This document shows, piece after piece, positions 24,401 through 34,900 of a stretch of DNA of 64,000 bases; position 1 is the first letter of the stretch, and each line of letters starts with the position of its first letter. This stretch comes from Perna viridis (taxonomy: Eukaryota). The stretch spans positions 47,281,626-47,345,625 of the forward strand of contig CM074516.1 in assembly GCA_037379345.1 (NCBI GenBank), given 5' to 3'. Position numbers and translations under genes: made by a program. Under the pieces are notes generated by a model. It worked only from the letters and a program-made list of their open reading frames with translations. It made no database searches and had not been told where the DNA came from.

Positions 24401-25590
24401 AAACAATTGACAATTTCATGATTAGAATTCCAATTTTCAAAACTTTATAACTTATTTATTTAATATCCAATTTTGGTTCTGCAAAATGTTTCATTTAGAT
24501 AAAATAATTTATGTTATGTATGCGAATTTTATAACTCTTTCGCTTGAAAAATAAATTTGTAGCGATATTTACATGTATATGTCTATCTCTATTTTTGTAT
24601 AAAATTTGGATTAAAACCTTATGTACATATAGTCTAATTACTGAATATTTATTTAAAAATTCCATGGATAAAAAGAATTTTATTTGCAATGTTGGGAACC
24701 AAAAGAATTCTTCAATTATCTTTAAAAATGAAAAAGTTATGATTTAAAGTTGATGCCCCATGCCACTCAATCGATTTTTTGCCACCCAAAACCAAGGGCG
24801 CATTTCTTTTACCCGAATCTGAAACATGATTCTGAATCATTTTCATGTTTCACTGTTTCTTTTACTTGAAACAGAAACATGATATCGTAACATTTGAAAC
24901 ATAAGTGATTGATGTTTCAAACTGAAACACAAACCGAAACCGGTCCCGATATTATTTTGCTTCGCTACCAAGCCATTTTGTTACTTTTGAAACATGTTTG
25001 TTTTGATAGAAACTGAAACATGTTACAGTTTCTCAAATGTTGTATTTTTAATCACCGAATCATGTTTCTGTTTTTTGAAACATTGTACTGAAACATTTTT
25101 CAGATTCAGGTAAAAGAAATGCGCCCCAGATCACTGGTAAGTGATTACATCACGAAGAACTCCTATTGTTAATGTTTAAATTCACTAGTTTTAGTTGGAA
25201 TTTGAAAATAGCATGCACAAAGAAAAGTGACATTATCTTCAGCATGTTGAAGTTGGTCAGGAGATTGTAGTAGAAGTAGAAGACATGAACATTCAATTAA
25301 GCTTTGGGCAATATTTTACTATTACTATTCCTTGATTTCAGCAGTACTACCAGTACGGCAGTAGCATAAAACACGAACTTTAATAGGTCTCGGCAAGAAG
25401 TAAGCTTAGACACGCGTATTTTAAGGGGGAATGTATCTTTGTCAATTACATAACATCTATTTGACATTAGTGGGTTTCTGTGACTGTGGCCCCGAGTGTG
25501 GGTGGGGCAAAACTTTCATGAAAAAAAAATGGTTTTTAATCTCACCTTGCTACTCCCTGCTACACTGGATATATATACTTTAATTACCAT
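8642..25590 (-). CDS. SH3BGR: SH3BGR-family protein (thioredoxin-like SH3BGR domain plus long Glu/Lys/Arg-rich tail)
   Basis: Core exons 25590-25546 (MVIKVYISSVAGSSK), 14849-14664 (MRKEQQHIKDILQSLKIDFEEIDIS..VPLPPQIFVDDEYCG) and 14249-14145 (DCEDFDMSIEEQTMYEFLKM..). Tail exons, all phase 0: 13393-13364, 11892-11554 (donor uncertain, alternative 11566), 10528-10496, 10013-9993 and 9454-8642 (stop TAG). PLPPQIF and YCGD are family motifs. Likely co-orthologous to vertebrate SH3BGR/SH3BGRL/SH3BGRL2. Confidence 0.9.
10827..11110. repeat. Compound (CA)n / AATGATCCAG minisatellite, about 13 units
   Basis: AATGATCCAGAC followed by a variable CA run; source of the spurious CV-rich ORFs. Confidence 0.95.
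11554..11892 (-). CDS. SH3BGR: SH3BGR acidic cassette exon (E/D/K-rich)
   Basis: Acceptor catctcag|GAA, 113 open codons EKSELIEDVAKQDEEKEKED...KVTTE, then a GT donor. Confidence 0.75.
15095..15396. mobile_element. MITE family A, copy 1 (TA-flanked)
   Basis: TIR CACTACTGTCAACCAAAATTTTA / TAAAATTTGTGTTGACAGAAGTG with TA on both sides; inverted homologue at 18761-19025. Confidence 0.8.
18761..19025. mobile_element. MITE family A, copy 2 (opposite orientation)
   Basis: Interior is the reverse complement of 15095-15396 (for example tttactactcctg..tttataccaaggta versus taccttggtataaa..caggagtagtaaa). Confidence 0.8.
20484..21128. mobile_element. Non-autonomous TIR element, copy 1 (about 645 bp)
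   Basis: TIR G(T/C)CAGCACTCCACAG...CTGTGGAGTGCTGGC with TTAA on both sides; near-identical to 21873-22519. Confidence 0.85.
21873..22519. mobile_element. Non-autonomous TIR element, copy 2 (direct repeat of copy 1)
   Basis: Perfect TIRs GCCAGCACTCCACAG/CTGTGGAGTGCTGGC; about 7 differences from copy 1 by eye. Confidence 0.85.
23250..24180 (+). mobile_element. 3' fragment of a CR1/L2-group LINE ORF2, interrupted by a hAT MITE
   Basis: LSFLKRNI..KVKEQAYKSLVRPSLEYACSIWNPY..IEMIQR before the insertion; SFFPKTTKLWNSIP (typical SFFPRT..WNSLP C-terminal motif) after it. Confidence 0.85.
23573..24049. mobile_element. hAT-like MITE (477 bp)
   Basis: Perfect 17-bp TIR CAGGGATTGACACTAAC/GTTAGTGTCAATCCCTG; flanks TCTCAG/TCTTAG form a 6-bp TSD with one mismatch. 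Confidence 0.88.
24796..25126. mobile_element. PIF/Harbinger-like MITE
   Basis: TIR GGGCGCATTTCTTTTACCCGAATCTGAAA / TTTCAGATTCAGGTAAAAGAAATGCGCCC; 3-bp flanks CAA/CAG; interior rich in TGAAACA/TGTTTCA motifs. Confidence 0.75.
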
Positions 25591-25975
25591 TTTGAAAGGA
25601 ATATAAGATCAAATAAACTTTTTACTACGAAAATGCACAAATGTATATGTATCAGTCAGCGTTATCTGGTAAGGATGGCTCAGGTTTCGCTAGATTTGCA
25701 TAAAATAATTCCGGGTAAGTCTCTCACCACAGAACGTCAACGTTTTTGGGTTTCCGGTTAGCAGTTTTCGCAACGTCACAAACATTCTTCACATCTGTTG
25801 TGGCTTGTTGCTGGGCAGGTAAACAAATGCACACCGGTGCTAAATAGTTTCACTTTACATGTATCAGTGGTGTATATGCACTCCTGGTAGTAGGGAATAC
25901 ACAAAGAACTGTGTGACACCGTCATTTTCTAATGTAATGAATCTTTAAAATCTTACGGACAAGGTTAATCAGGTA
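25591..25975. promoter_or_regulatory. Probable bidirectional promoter SH3BGR / LCA5
   Basis: CpG-retaining patch just upstream of the SH3BGR ATG; X-box-like GTTGCTGGGCAG (25807-25818) abutting forkhead GTAAACAA (25819-25826); + strand donor candidates at 25819 and 25973 for a non-coding LCA5 exon 1 that would splice to the acceptor at 28832. Confidence 0.5.
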
Positions 25976-26238
25976 AAATTATCTTTATAATGAGACGTGT
26001 GTTACTGTTAGTGTTAGCTCTTACATGGTAAATAACAGAACACTTTAAAATGAAAAAAAGGTTTTGTTCTCAACAATTTTACCATATACATGTATGATCA
26101 TTTTAAAACATTCCTCTATAGAGCAAATACATATCGTAGTTTTATTTTGTTATGATTCATATGAAAAACTATAAATGACAATGTTCATGTAACTTTTCAC
26201 TGAAACTAAAAGACTTGTCAAGTCTCTATATGCATCTC

Positions 26239-26350
26239 TAGTCCAAAGATAATTATACTGTCTTGGGAGGCTAATTTTCATTGTGCTTGGTCGTCTTTCT
26301 TGAGGCTTTAATGTCGGATTCCCTCAGTGAACGCCATGGTTATCTGGACT
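26239..26350. repeat. Short dispersed repeat with TAGTCC..GGACT ends (second copy 48142-48261)
   Basis: Both copies share TAGTCCAAA..CTGTCTTGG.AGGCTAAT..TGCTTGGT..TGAGGC..TTATCT.GACT; TAG/CTA termini are reminiscent of Academ. Confidence 0.55.
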
Positions 26351-26643
26351 TGCATGTAATTCTCTCATGCCAGTCATGGAACTGAGTAAGACTCCAACAA
26401 CTCCTAGTAATATGAGGAAGGTATTGACTTTTAGTGTAAGTGAACTCTGAAGCATAAAGCACTAGGATCCCTTTTCAATGAAGTAAATTTCATGCCAGTT
26501 TTTCTTAGGGTATTTTCATCAGTTGGAGCCAGCAAAGAACATTCCAAATATTTGTAAAATTATCAGTTAAACAAATAACATAGATGTCTTTGAAATGTTT
26601 TGTCAAGGAGGCATTTTTTCACTCTTTCTAAAGTTTCAATAAG

Positions 26644-27239
26644 CACTGTGTACAGGCACATACATACTTGGAGGTATGGATACCAGGGGTACAAAATCGA
26701 GGCGGTACAGAGACAGGTATGTTGACTTTTAGGTGTAAGTTTATAAAATAAGATAGTTATTTGAACAAGTGATTATTTCACAGAACTCTATGATTATTAA
26801 GGATATTTTACGTTGTGTTTTTGGTGGTGAAAGCGTTTTATATGAAAAGCTCGAACATACATGTATCAATATTTCAGGGTGCCAATTTAGTATTGATTTT
26901 CCTATAAAAGGCTGTATTTAAGGTACATGTATATTCCATCTCCCCTATCTTCACTGAGAATTGTACCCCCAGTCGGCACACACAATATTTGGAGTTACAT
27001 GTCTTGTGAAGGCTTTAAAATCTCAATTTTGTTTTGTTTTTTGTTTTATATCATTCAAGTGGGCTCAATGAAGGGTAAAAACGCTGTCACCACCAGAAAA
27101 ACAACGTAAAATATGCTTGATAAACATAGAGTTCCATGAAATAATTGCTTAAATAACTTTCTCATTTTTTTAAACCAACTCTTTAAATTCGACTTACCTG
27201 TCTCTGTATCACCTCAATTTTGTGTGCCTGTACACAGTG
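26644..27239. mobile_element. TIR element with CACTG termini
   Basis: CACTGTGTACAGGCACA...TGTGCCTGTACACAGTG; the TIR extends about 55 bp (tacagagacaggta) with a ~31-bp insertion in the left arm; no clear TSD. Confidence 0.75.
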
Positions 27240-27528
27240 ACAGGCTACAGTGTAGTGTTTTGCTTTGACAAAAGATTATCAAGTGTCAGTATGATAAATA
27301 CTTGGACACAAATTTATATACATTTAAGTGTGAGCTTTGCTTGTTTTATATTCTCACAAATTTATGAGCGAGACTCACAAGTCTGGCACAGAGGAAAGAA
27401 AAAAGTTCCCTTTGATTTTGACATGAATCTGAAATGTCCAATTAAGTCACACACATTTTGATCACGGACAGCCCTACTTGTATAAATCTTGTACATGTAC
27501 TAACTGTTGTTGGATTCAGTAAGAAATA

Positions 27529-27681
27529 CAGTAAAACCTGTATTAACTGAGCCCATTCAGATTCAATGATTAATTTGTTCTCTTTTAGCATGTATGTTGA
27601 TTATAGATAGAGACTTTAAAAAAAGCTTGGTTTATACAGGTTTCCAGATTGTTTAGAGTTGGATTAAGATCAGTTCCACTG
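27529..27681. mobile_element. Short Tc1/mariner-like MITE
   Basis: TA|CAGTAAAACCTG...CAGTTCCACTG|TA. Confidence 0.5.
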
Positions 27682-28918
27682 TACAAGCCTGCACTAGAAA
27701 TTTTGATTGCTGGAACTTTTAAAACATTTATTGGAAAGATTTGATGTTTAGTTATGAATTTGGAATGGTTTAAATGTACATGTATACAATATGTGTTTTG
27801 GTTGCATGTCTCCTTTCTGTTTACAAAATATTCTTTGATTTGTATTTAGTGAAACTCCCAAGACATTAGGTCATTTGAAAACACTTCAGTAATTTTCATA
27901 AAACTTGAGCTCAAGACTGATTTTTTTTTATTTCTATTCATGCAAGCTCCCATCTGATTTTTCTATAAGTCAGGTGATACATTTTTGTGTAATGGGACTT
28001 TTTTCATATTCCCAATTTTGAATGCTTCTACCAATTACCACAAAATGATTACCAGTAATTGTTTGTTGCCTTTGATTCAGGTTTTATTTCCAGGTTTATT
28101 TATCATACCCTCCAGAAGCAAAATTTTGGGGTATATAAAAATCGTGTTGTCCTTCTTCCTTTCTCCCTGTCTGTCAAATTCTTCTTTTATACAGCTTATT
28201 GCAAGTACATGTATTTAAACTATTTAACCTCATCCATTCTTGTCAAAATCTTAATCCTCTGTCAAATTTTAAATCACAATTAAAATTAAAAGAACTGTAT
28301 CAAGCTTAAATGTTGCGTCCATATTTTCCCCAACTGTTCATGGTACGACCTCTGCAGGCAATTATATATATTCTAGTTATCATTTGTCTGCCCACTTTTT
28401 ATTTTGAAAATTTGCAATTTTTTATTTTCTTAGTATTGGTAGTACAGCAAAATGGTTGAAAGTTTTCATTAAATTTCAAATTTAATATTTGCTTGTTCGG
28501 TTTTGGACACATTTTCGTAGATGTGTGTATCATTTATCCTTAAAAAAAAAGAATTTTCAAAGGTAAAAGCGAAAAAAAACAAAAATGAAGAAAAAGAGAG
28601 GTTCAGTCTGAAAATTTCTGCAAGATAGACGGATTTTTGTCCAACATGTCAGAAATTCCTACAAATCTCTCTATTACCCAGGAAATATGTGAAAAGCATT
28701 CTCTGCATTAATCTTAGTACAATTTTGTATTTTAAACTGGTGAGACTTAACATATTGATATGTGCATGCATGTTCATAAACCTGCTGCTGACCTGTCAAT
28801 ATGTAATGGGATTTATATTTATTTTCACTAGGTGCTCATTATTGGACAATGAATTTCTTGGATCACTACTGAACAAAATTTATTGGTTAATAAAAAGAAT
28901 AGTAGAAAAAAGGTGAAA

Positions 28919-31900
28919 ATGGCTCACAGATACAGTGGATCTAGAGACAAAGATGATGATGATTACGATTACAGTGATTCCTTTATAAGTGATGAAGATG
29001 ACGAAAGTGTCAAGAAACATACAACAACACGTAAAGTAGCTCAGGGTATGTAGTTGCACATTTTATTAAAGGTACTGGTATGCTGACTGCAGAAAAAAAT
29101 GTGTTTTTCTCTTTGTCCTTGTATGTGAATTTTGACAAGTGATGAAAAAAATATTACCTTATATTCATTTTGTATTTTGTTCCACAATTAGTGGGTGTAG
29201 TAAACATCAGTGAAGTAGGCTTTTAGATCTACATTACTTTAGTCATAACATTGCAATTGCCAGACAAGGTTAGATTTTAAACATGAATTATAGCTTTGCA
29301 TGTAAAAAGTGCCAAATATAAGTACCTGGTACTTGGCTCTACATTTTTATAACACTTTGTAAGTATAAAAACCCTCTAGGATTAATATATGTATAGAAAA
29401 TTTACAATGCAAAAGTAACAAGTACATCTATTTCACCATGTACACATTACAGTAAAAGAGACAGAAAACTTCACATTGATGAATCACTGACACTTGTTAG
29501 CAAAGATAGGTTTTATGCTTATATTCCTCAGATATTTCTTTGAGGGTACATGGTTGAAAGTATTACTGTAAGCTGAGTGGAAATACAAACACACATTATG
29601 AACTTCTTATAAAAATACCTACATGTATATGATGAAGTTGAACCAGGCTGTATATTTCTACGTCAGACATGTTCTAGCCTGGGAAATATATGATTAGATT
29701 CTAAATAAATGATGAGACTATTGATTTGGAAACTTTGATTGGTTGGCACAGGGATGTCTTGCTTGACTGTTACAGAGATGCTTGAATAATTATGGAGACA
29801 ATATGCATTGTAATGGTCAGAAATGTGTTTCACATGTATAGATATATACTTTAAACTATTATTATATGTATAGTGGTATAAATAATTATACATTAAGTTT
29901 TTGTCATTTTTTATTTTGTAGTGACTGCACGAAAAAAGCCTCCTCCACACAGGGGCCCCAAAGGTAGAATATCAAGTAGGGCTACAAGTCAGTCACATGA
30001 ACCTAAAGTGGATAATGCAGTTCAGAGAATGTTGTCATCTAAAAACCTTCGTATTAATGAGCTGAAAAACCAAATTGAGGACTTTAGAATTAAAATGGAG
30101 GAAATGAGAGAGGAAAACAAATTGTTGCGAAAAACTCAAAAGAGACAAGAAAAAGCTTTAAACAAATTTGAAAATGAAGAAAGTGATTTGCCACAGTTAC
30201 TACAACGACATAACAATGAAGTTCGGACGCTGCGTGAACAATTAAAGAAAACTCAGGATAAATACCAACGGACAGACCGATACCTGCGGGATGCTGAAGA
30301 TGAGTTAGAAAAAACTAAGAGTAAAATGAAAAAGTATAAAAATCTTGTTGAAGATAAAGACTTGTTAGAAAGACAGGATTTACAGAAGAAATTACAACAA
30401 GCAGAAATAGACCTAGAAGAACGTGATGTTAAAGTTAGGGTATGTAACACAAATTTCTTTACCATCAATTTCTTTGTTGTAAATCACCTTTATAGGTAAT
30501 ACAACGTACCAATTAGGAATGAACACAAAAACAGCAATTTAATGTTGTATGAATTTCATATATATGAAGTTTCATTAACATTCATGAAACAGTATTCTCC
30601 CCAGACCTATATATATATCTGGTGAGCTGTGCGTTGCATTGCTATTATTTTTAGCGCTGTGCTATCTGAAATAAATTTTATTGAAAATGCACTTTTGGCA
30701 CTGGGATATAACATTGGAGCCTTAAGAGCTGTGCTATTTATGCACTTTTGGCACTGTGATATAACATTGGAGCCTTAAGAGCTGTGCTATTTATGCACTT
30801 TTGGCACTGTGATATAACATTGGAGCCTTAAGAGCTGTGCTATTTATGCATTTTTGGCACTGTGATATAACATTGGAGCCTTCAGAGCTGTGCTATTTAT
30901 GCACTTTGGGCACTGTGATATGAAATCGGAGCCTTAAGAGCTGTGCTATTTATGCACTTTGGGCACTGTTATATAACATTGGAGCCTTAAGAGCTGTGCT
31001 ATTTATGTCGTTAAGCAGTGTTCTAATTGTATAGTCCAGATTCTGAATTTCATTCAGCTAACCATTAACATACAAGTACTATATATACCAAAAATGTATT
31101 CTTTTTTAGAACTTAGTCAATTATTCTTTCTTGAGGGTATATAAAATGTTTTATATGCCCTGAACTTTGACATGTGATCAAAATACAGTACTGGTGAAAT
31201 GAATCTCTAAGGATTTGATTAAGTGATCTTGTTAATGCTGATTTCATGTCAATTTATCTATCTGACTGTATTCTATAATCAATAGATATTCTATATTAAC
31301 CTGTTTCCCAACATTAATTTTTCATTTGTTTGGTTTAATTTGATCTCATACTGATAAATGGACAGAGTCATGACAGTAGGATTATTATTTTTTATCTGCT
31401 TATAAGTATAATTCTATAATATATGCAAAAAATGACATGTATTTTTACCAAACACTTTATAATCTTAATGCAGTGGATTCCTGTTAATCACATAACCTAT
31501 TTGTCTGAAAAATATATATGCAGTTAACAGTAATAGTCATTTCCTGGGAAAATACCTGATGATTTCAATATTTTAGTTGGATATATTCTTCCCTCATGTC
31601 TAATTAGATTCCTGCTTTAGTGTCTAGTCCAAAGAAAGAGATAATATTGTTGTAAAAACAAATTTCTTAAGAAAACTGAGGTATTTCACTTACAATGTAT
31701 TGTTGTTTTACCCATTTAAGTACATTTTTGAGTAAATTTTGACAAATATTTATACAATAAAGAGGAATTTTCTAATTTTTGGTCTTAGGTTATGCAAGTG
31801 AGAGGATTTTTTTTACAATTGGATAAAATGCGAAATGTTTTTGTTCTTTTAGTTTTTTATGCAATTAGCAAGAATCTGCAATTAACAGGGATGTGATTAA

Positions 31901-34900
31901 GTGTTATCCACTGAAATGTGAATACATGTATTTCTAATCCAGGTTACTAGCATTTTCAGACACTTTATAATCTTAATTATAGTTCTAATCCAATTTACTA
32001 GCATTTTTTTTTAATATTGATGTCTTAATTTCTATAATCGTTACAAATGTAGATTTTTACCAATTTTCATTTAATTCTCAGAGGCACTTTATAAATTGAA
32101 TAACTGGGTAGAATGTATGATTTTTGTACATAAGTTCAAAGTCATGAATGTGTGATGCATATGGCACTCAATATGGCTGTTCCATTATTGATGTTAAAAT
32201 TATTCATATACATGTAGTTATTGTGTACATGTATTTAACAACATCTACTAGTAAACCAAAATGAAAATTAAATACAGGAACTAAACTTATGCCCTCTTCT
32301 TTGACGCTTTTTTCATATACTGATTTTAAGGTACCCTGGCATAAAGGTATTTCTAATCTACAATAATCATTGATCTTAAGCATACGACCAATCAACCATT
32401 CTTATCTTTCATTGATTGCCAATTTTTGGTATTCAATAATCCATTTAGATCAGTAAAAGTCACGACTGTAATCTTGATATCCCATTAATGTAGCCTAATA
32501 CGGTACTTGAGTTAAATAAACTACACTGAAATATGTTTTTGAAATAAAGAGCCAAGTGTACAGTTCATTACTTCTACAATAATGCTTACCAGTCTTTGTT
32601 AGTTACAAGTTTCATACAAGTATAATATGTGTTTGGAAAATTATATTTCAGCAGAGTTATATGCAATTCTTTCAAGATAAAATTCATCGGCTAGTACAAT
32701 TTAAAAAAAGATGTACAATAATCACACCATCATTCATAAAGCCATCAATGGATTTGCTGGGTCCTCCATCATGAGGATACATTACCCTACCAGTACACCT
32801 GGTTCATGCTTTTAGCTTTTGGTGGAGTCTTTCTATTTCATTGTTATATACATATTGATCAACTTTTGTATAGGGTCAGATATAATTTAGCTATATCATA
32901 AAGCAGAATTCATTGAAAGCTAGTGTGATGTCTCACTGGACTTAAAAATAACAATTAAAAGTGGTATTTATACATGTTAATTTGGCAAATATCTTTCTCC
33001 TGAAGCCTCATATTACATGTACATGTAATTAATTTTACTTTTTGTATGTTAGAAAAAAAATAAAGTAAGATGTTCTCATCTATTGAAATTACTAACCAAT
33101 TAAGGAATGACTGTTATATTTTTTTCAGTCTATGAAGAAATAACCTCAATTATGAACTGCACACCTGTGTAGCAGGTTATTTTCAAGTGTGCACCACGGG
33201 CATTGAGGTTATTTCAAATAGATCCCATAGAATATAACAGTCATTCCTTATAATTTAATTTTAGTACCAAAATTTGAAGAGTATATTATCTAAAAAACGT
33301 TTGTGACATCATTGAGTCACATTAAACTTTGGTCTTTGAGATGATGGACAAAATGTTTTATCCAATCAGAAAGCTTGTACCATGTACCTGAAATTAAGTT
33401 ATTACAAAGTAACATAATAAAAGTCATAATCTGTCTTGTCAGGTATACTGTGACCATATGATGCAAGACATCATTCTGAAACATGAGAAAATAGAGTTTG
33501 CCTCATGTCCACATGTACATGTGTACATGTATTCAGTTTGTCTTAGCTAAGGAACTCTTTCTTAGGCTATTAATGAGAGGGAGGTAATATTTGTATCCAT
33601 TTATAAAGTAAGGTTTAACTTTAGTAGCTTTGAGAAAATCTTTTTCAGGATTTAGAAAAGCATATAACCCATTTGAACAAGAATCATCGACATGAATTAG
33701 GTATAGAAATAGCTCGCCATCGTGACCTCCAGCGACAGATTGAGGGTATGCGGAAGGACAATGATGACCTACAGACACAATTAAAGGTAAGATAACGGTG
33801 ATATTGTCTGGCGTACACCAAATATTTTAGGGATTAATTTGAAGGCTTCGTTTATATTCAATAGTGAAATTTCAAAATGTGATTTATCCTTCAGGCAACT
33901 AAAATAAATGTTCAATTATAATTTGGACAATAAAATGAAGCATCTGTATTTGTCCATAAAATCACAGATTTTTTCTGTACTTCATTCGATATGACTCTTA
34001 CTTGATATTTAGAGCTTGTTAACCTGTCCCTTTAGTTACTGATAAAGATGTATTTCATTTACACTAGGAAAAGGTGAAAGCAGCAGAGTTAGCTAATATT
34101 TATAGTTTACGGAAGGGTAAGAAATTACCTGCATCTTATAGTGGAACACCTAATAGAACTCCTCCACCCATGAATGCAAGGAAAAGACACCCATCTCTTC
34201 ATGATCTAACACCAAGGGAGAAAGTGAAAATGTATGAAGACAAGAGAAAAGAAGAGGAGAAATTGCACAGAGAGGTATAAAAGTTTTTACAAACATGATA
34301 TAAATACAGGTGCAAAAACCCTGAATAGATTGTATATAGTAGAATTTGAATTGCATGATCTTTTGAGATTAACTTTTTGTGGTTAAAGCACTTTTCCTAC
34401 TTCAAAGTTCATCTCAATAGTTCTATCCCATTTCTCATTATTTGTAGATATTAGTATTTTTTCTGTTGTTTAAACAGTCAAAGTGTACATTTTAGTTTGA
34501 GATTATCAGAATATGCTTTATGCAATTAGCCAAATAAGAAAGTTATTTTCATGCTTTTAAGTCAAATTGCAAATTTTACAGATTTAGTTGTTTAGTATAA
34601 ATTTTTTTAAATGTCTGACAATGCAAAGTTGCTTCTCACTTAGATACCATTTTATTTTTATTTTTAATCTTGTACCATCAAATATCTAGTGTCTTTTGAT
34701 GTCAGTTTGGGAGGTGAAGGATACTAATTTTTAAAGTTAAAAAAGGCATCTTGGTTAAATATACTGTGTAATTTCCTATAGGTGTTTTGGACAATTAAGG
34801 AGGTTAGTTGTCTTTTTGGCTTCCACAATTAATATTTCACTCTCTGTGGTCACATAGGGATGAGGATTGCATGTTATGGAAGGTTGTGTACTTTAAGTTT

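Noticed and set aside
30688-31006. Regular repeats resembling a CRISPR array (also 44443-44873 and 54005-54348)
   Set aside because: Head-to-tail units with no unique spacers, no cas genes, and a eukaryotic context.
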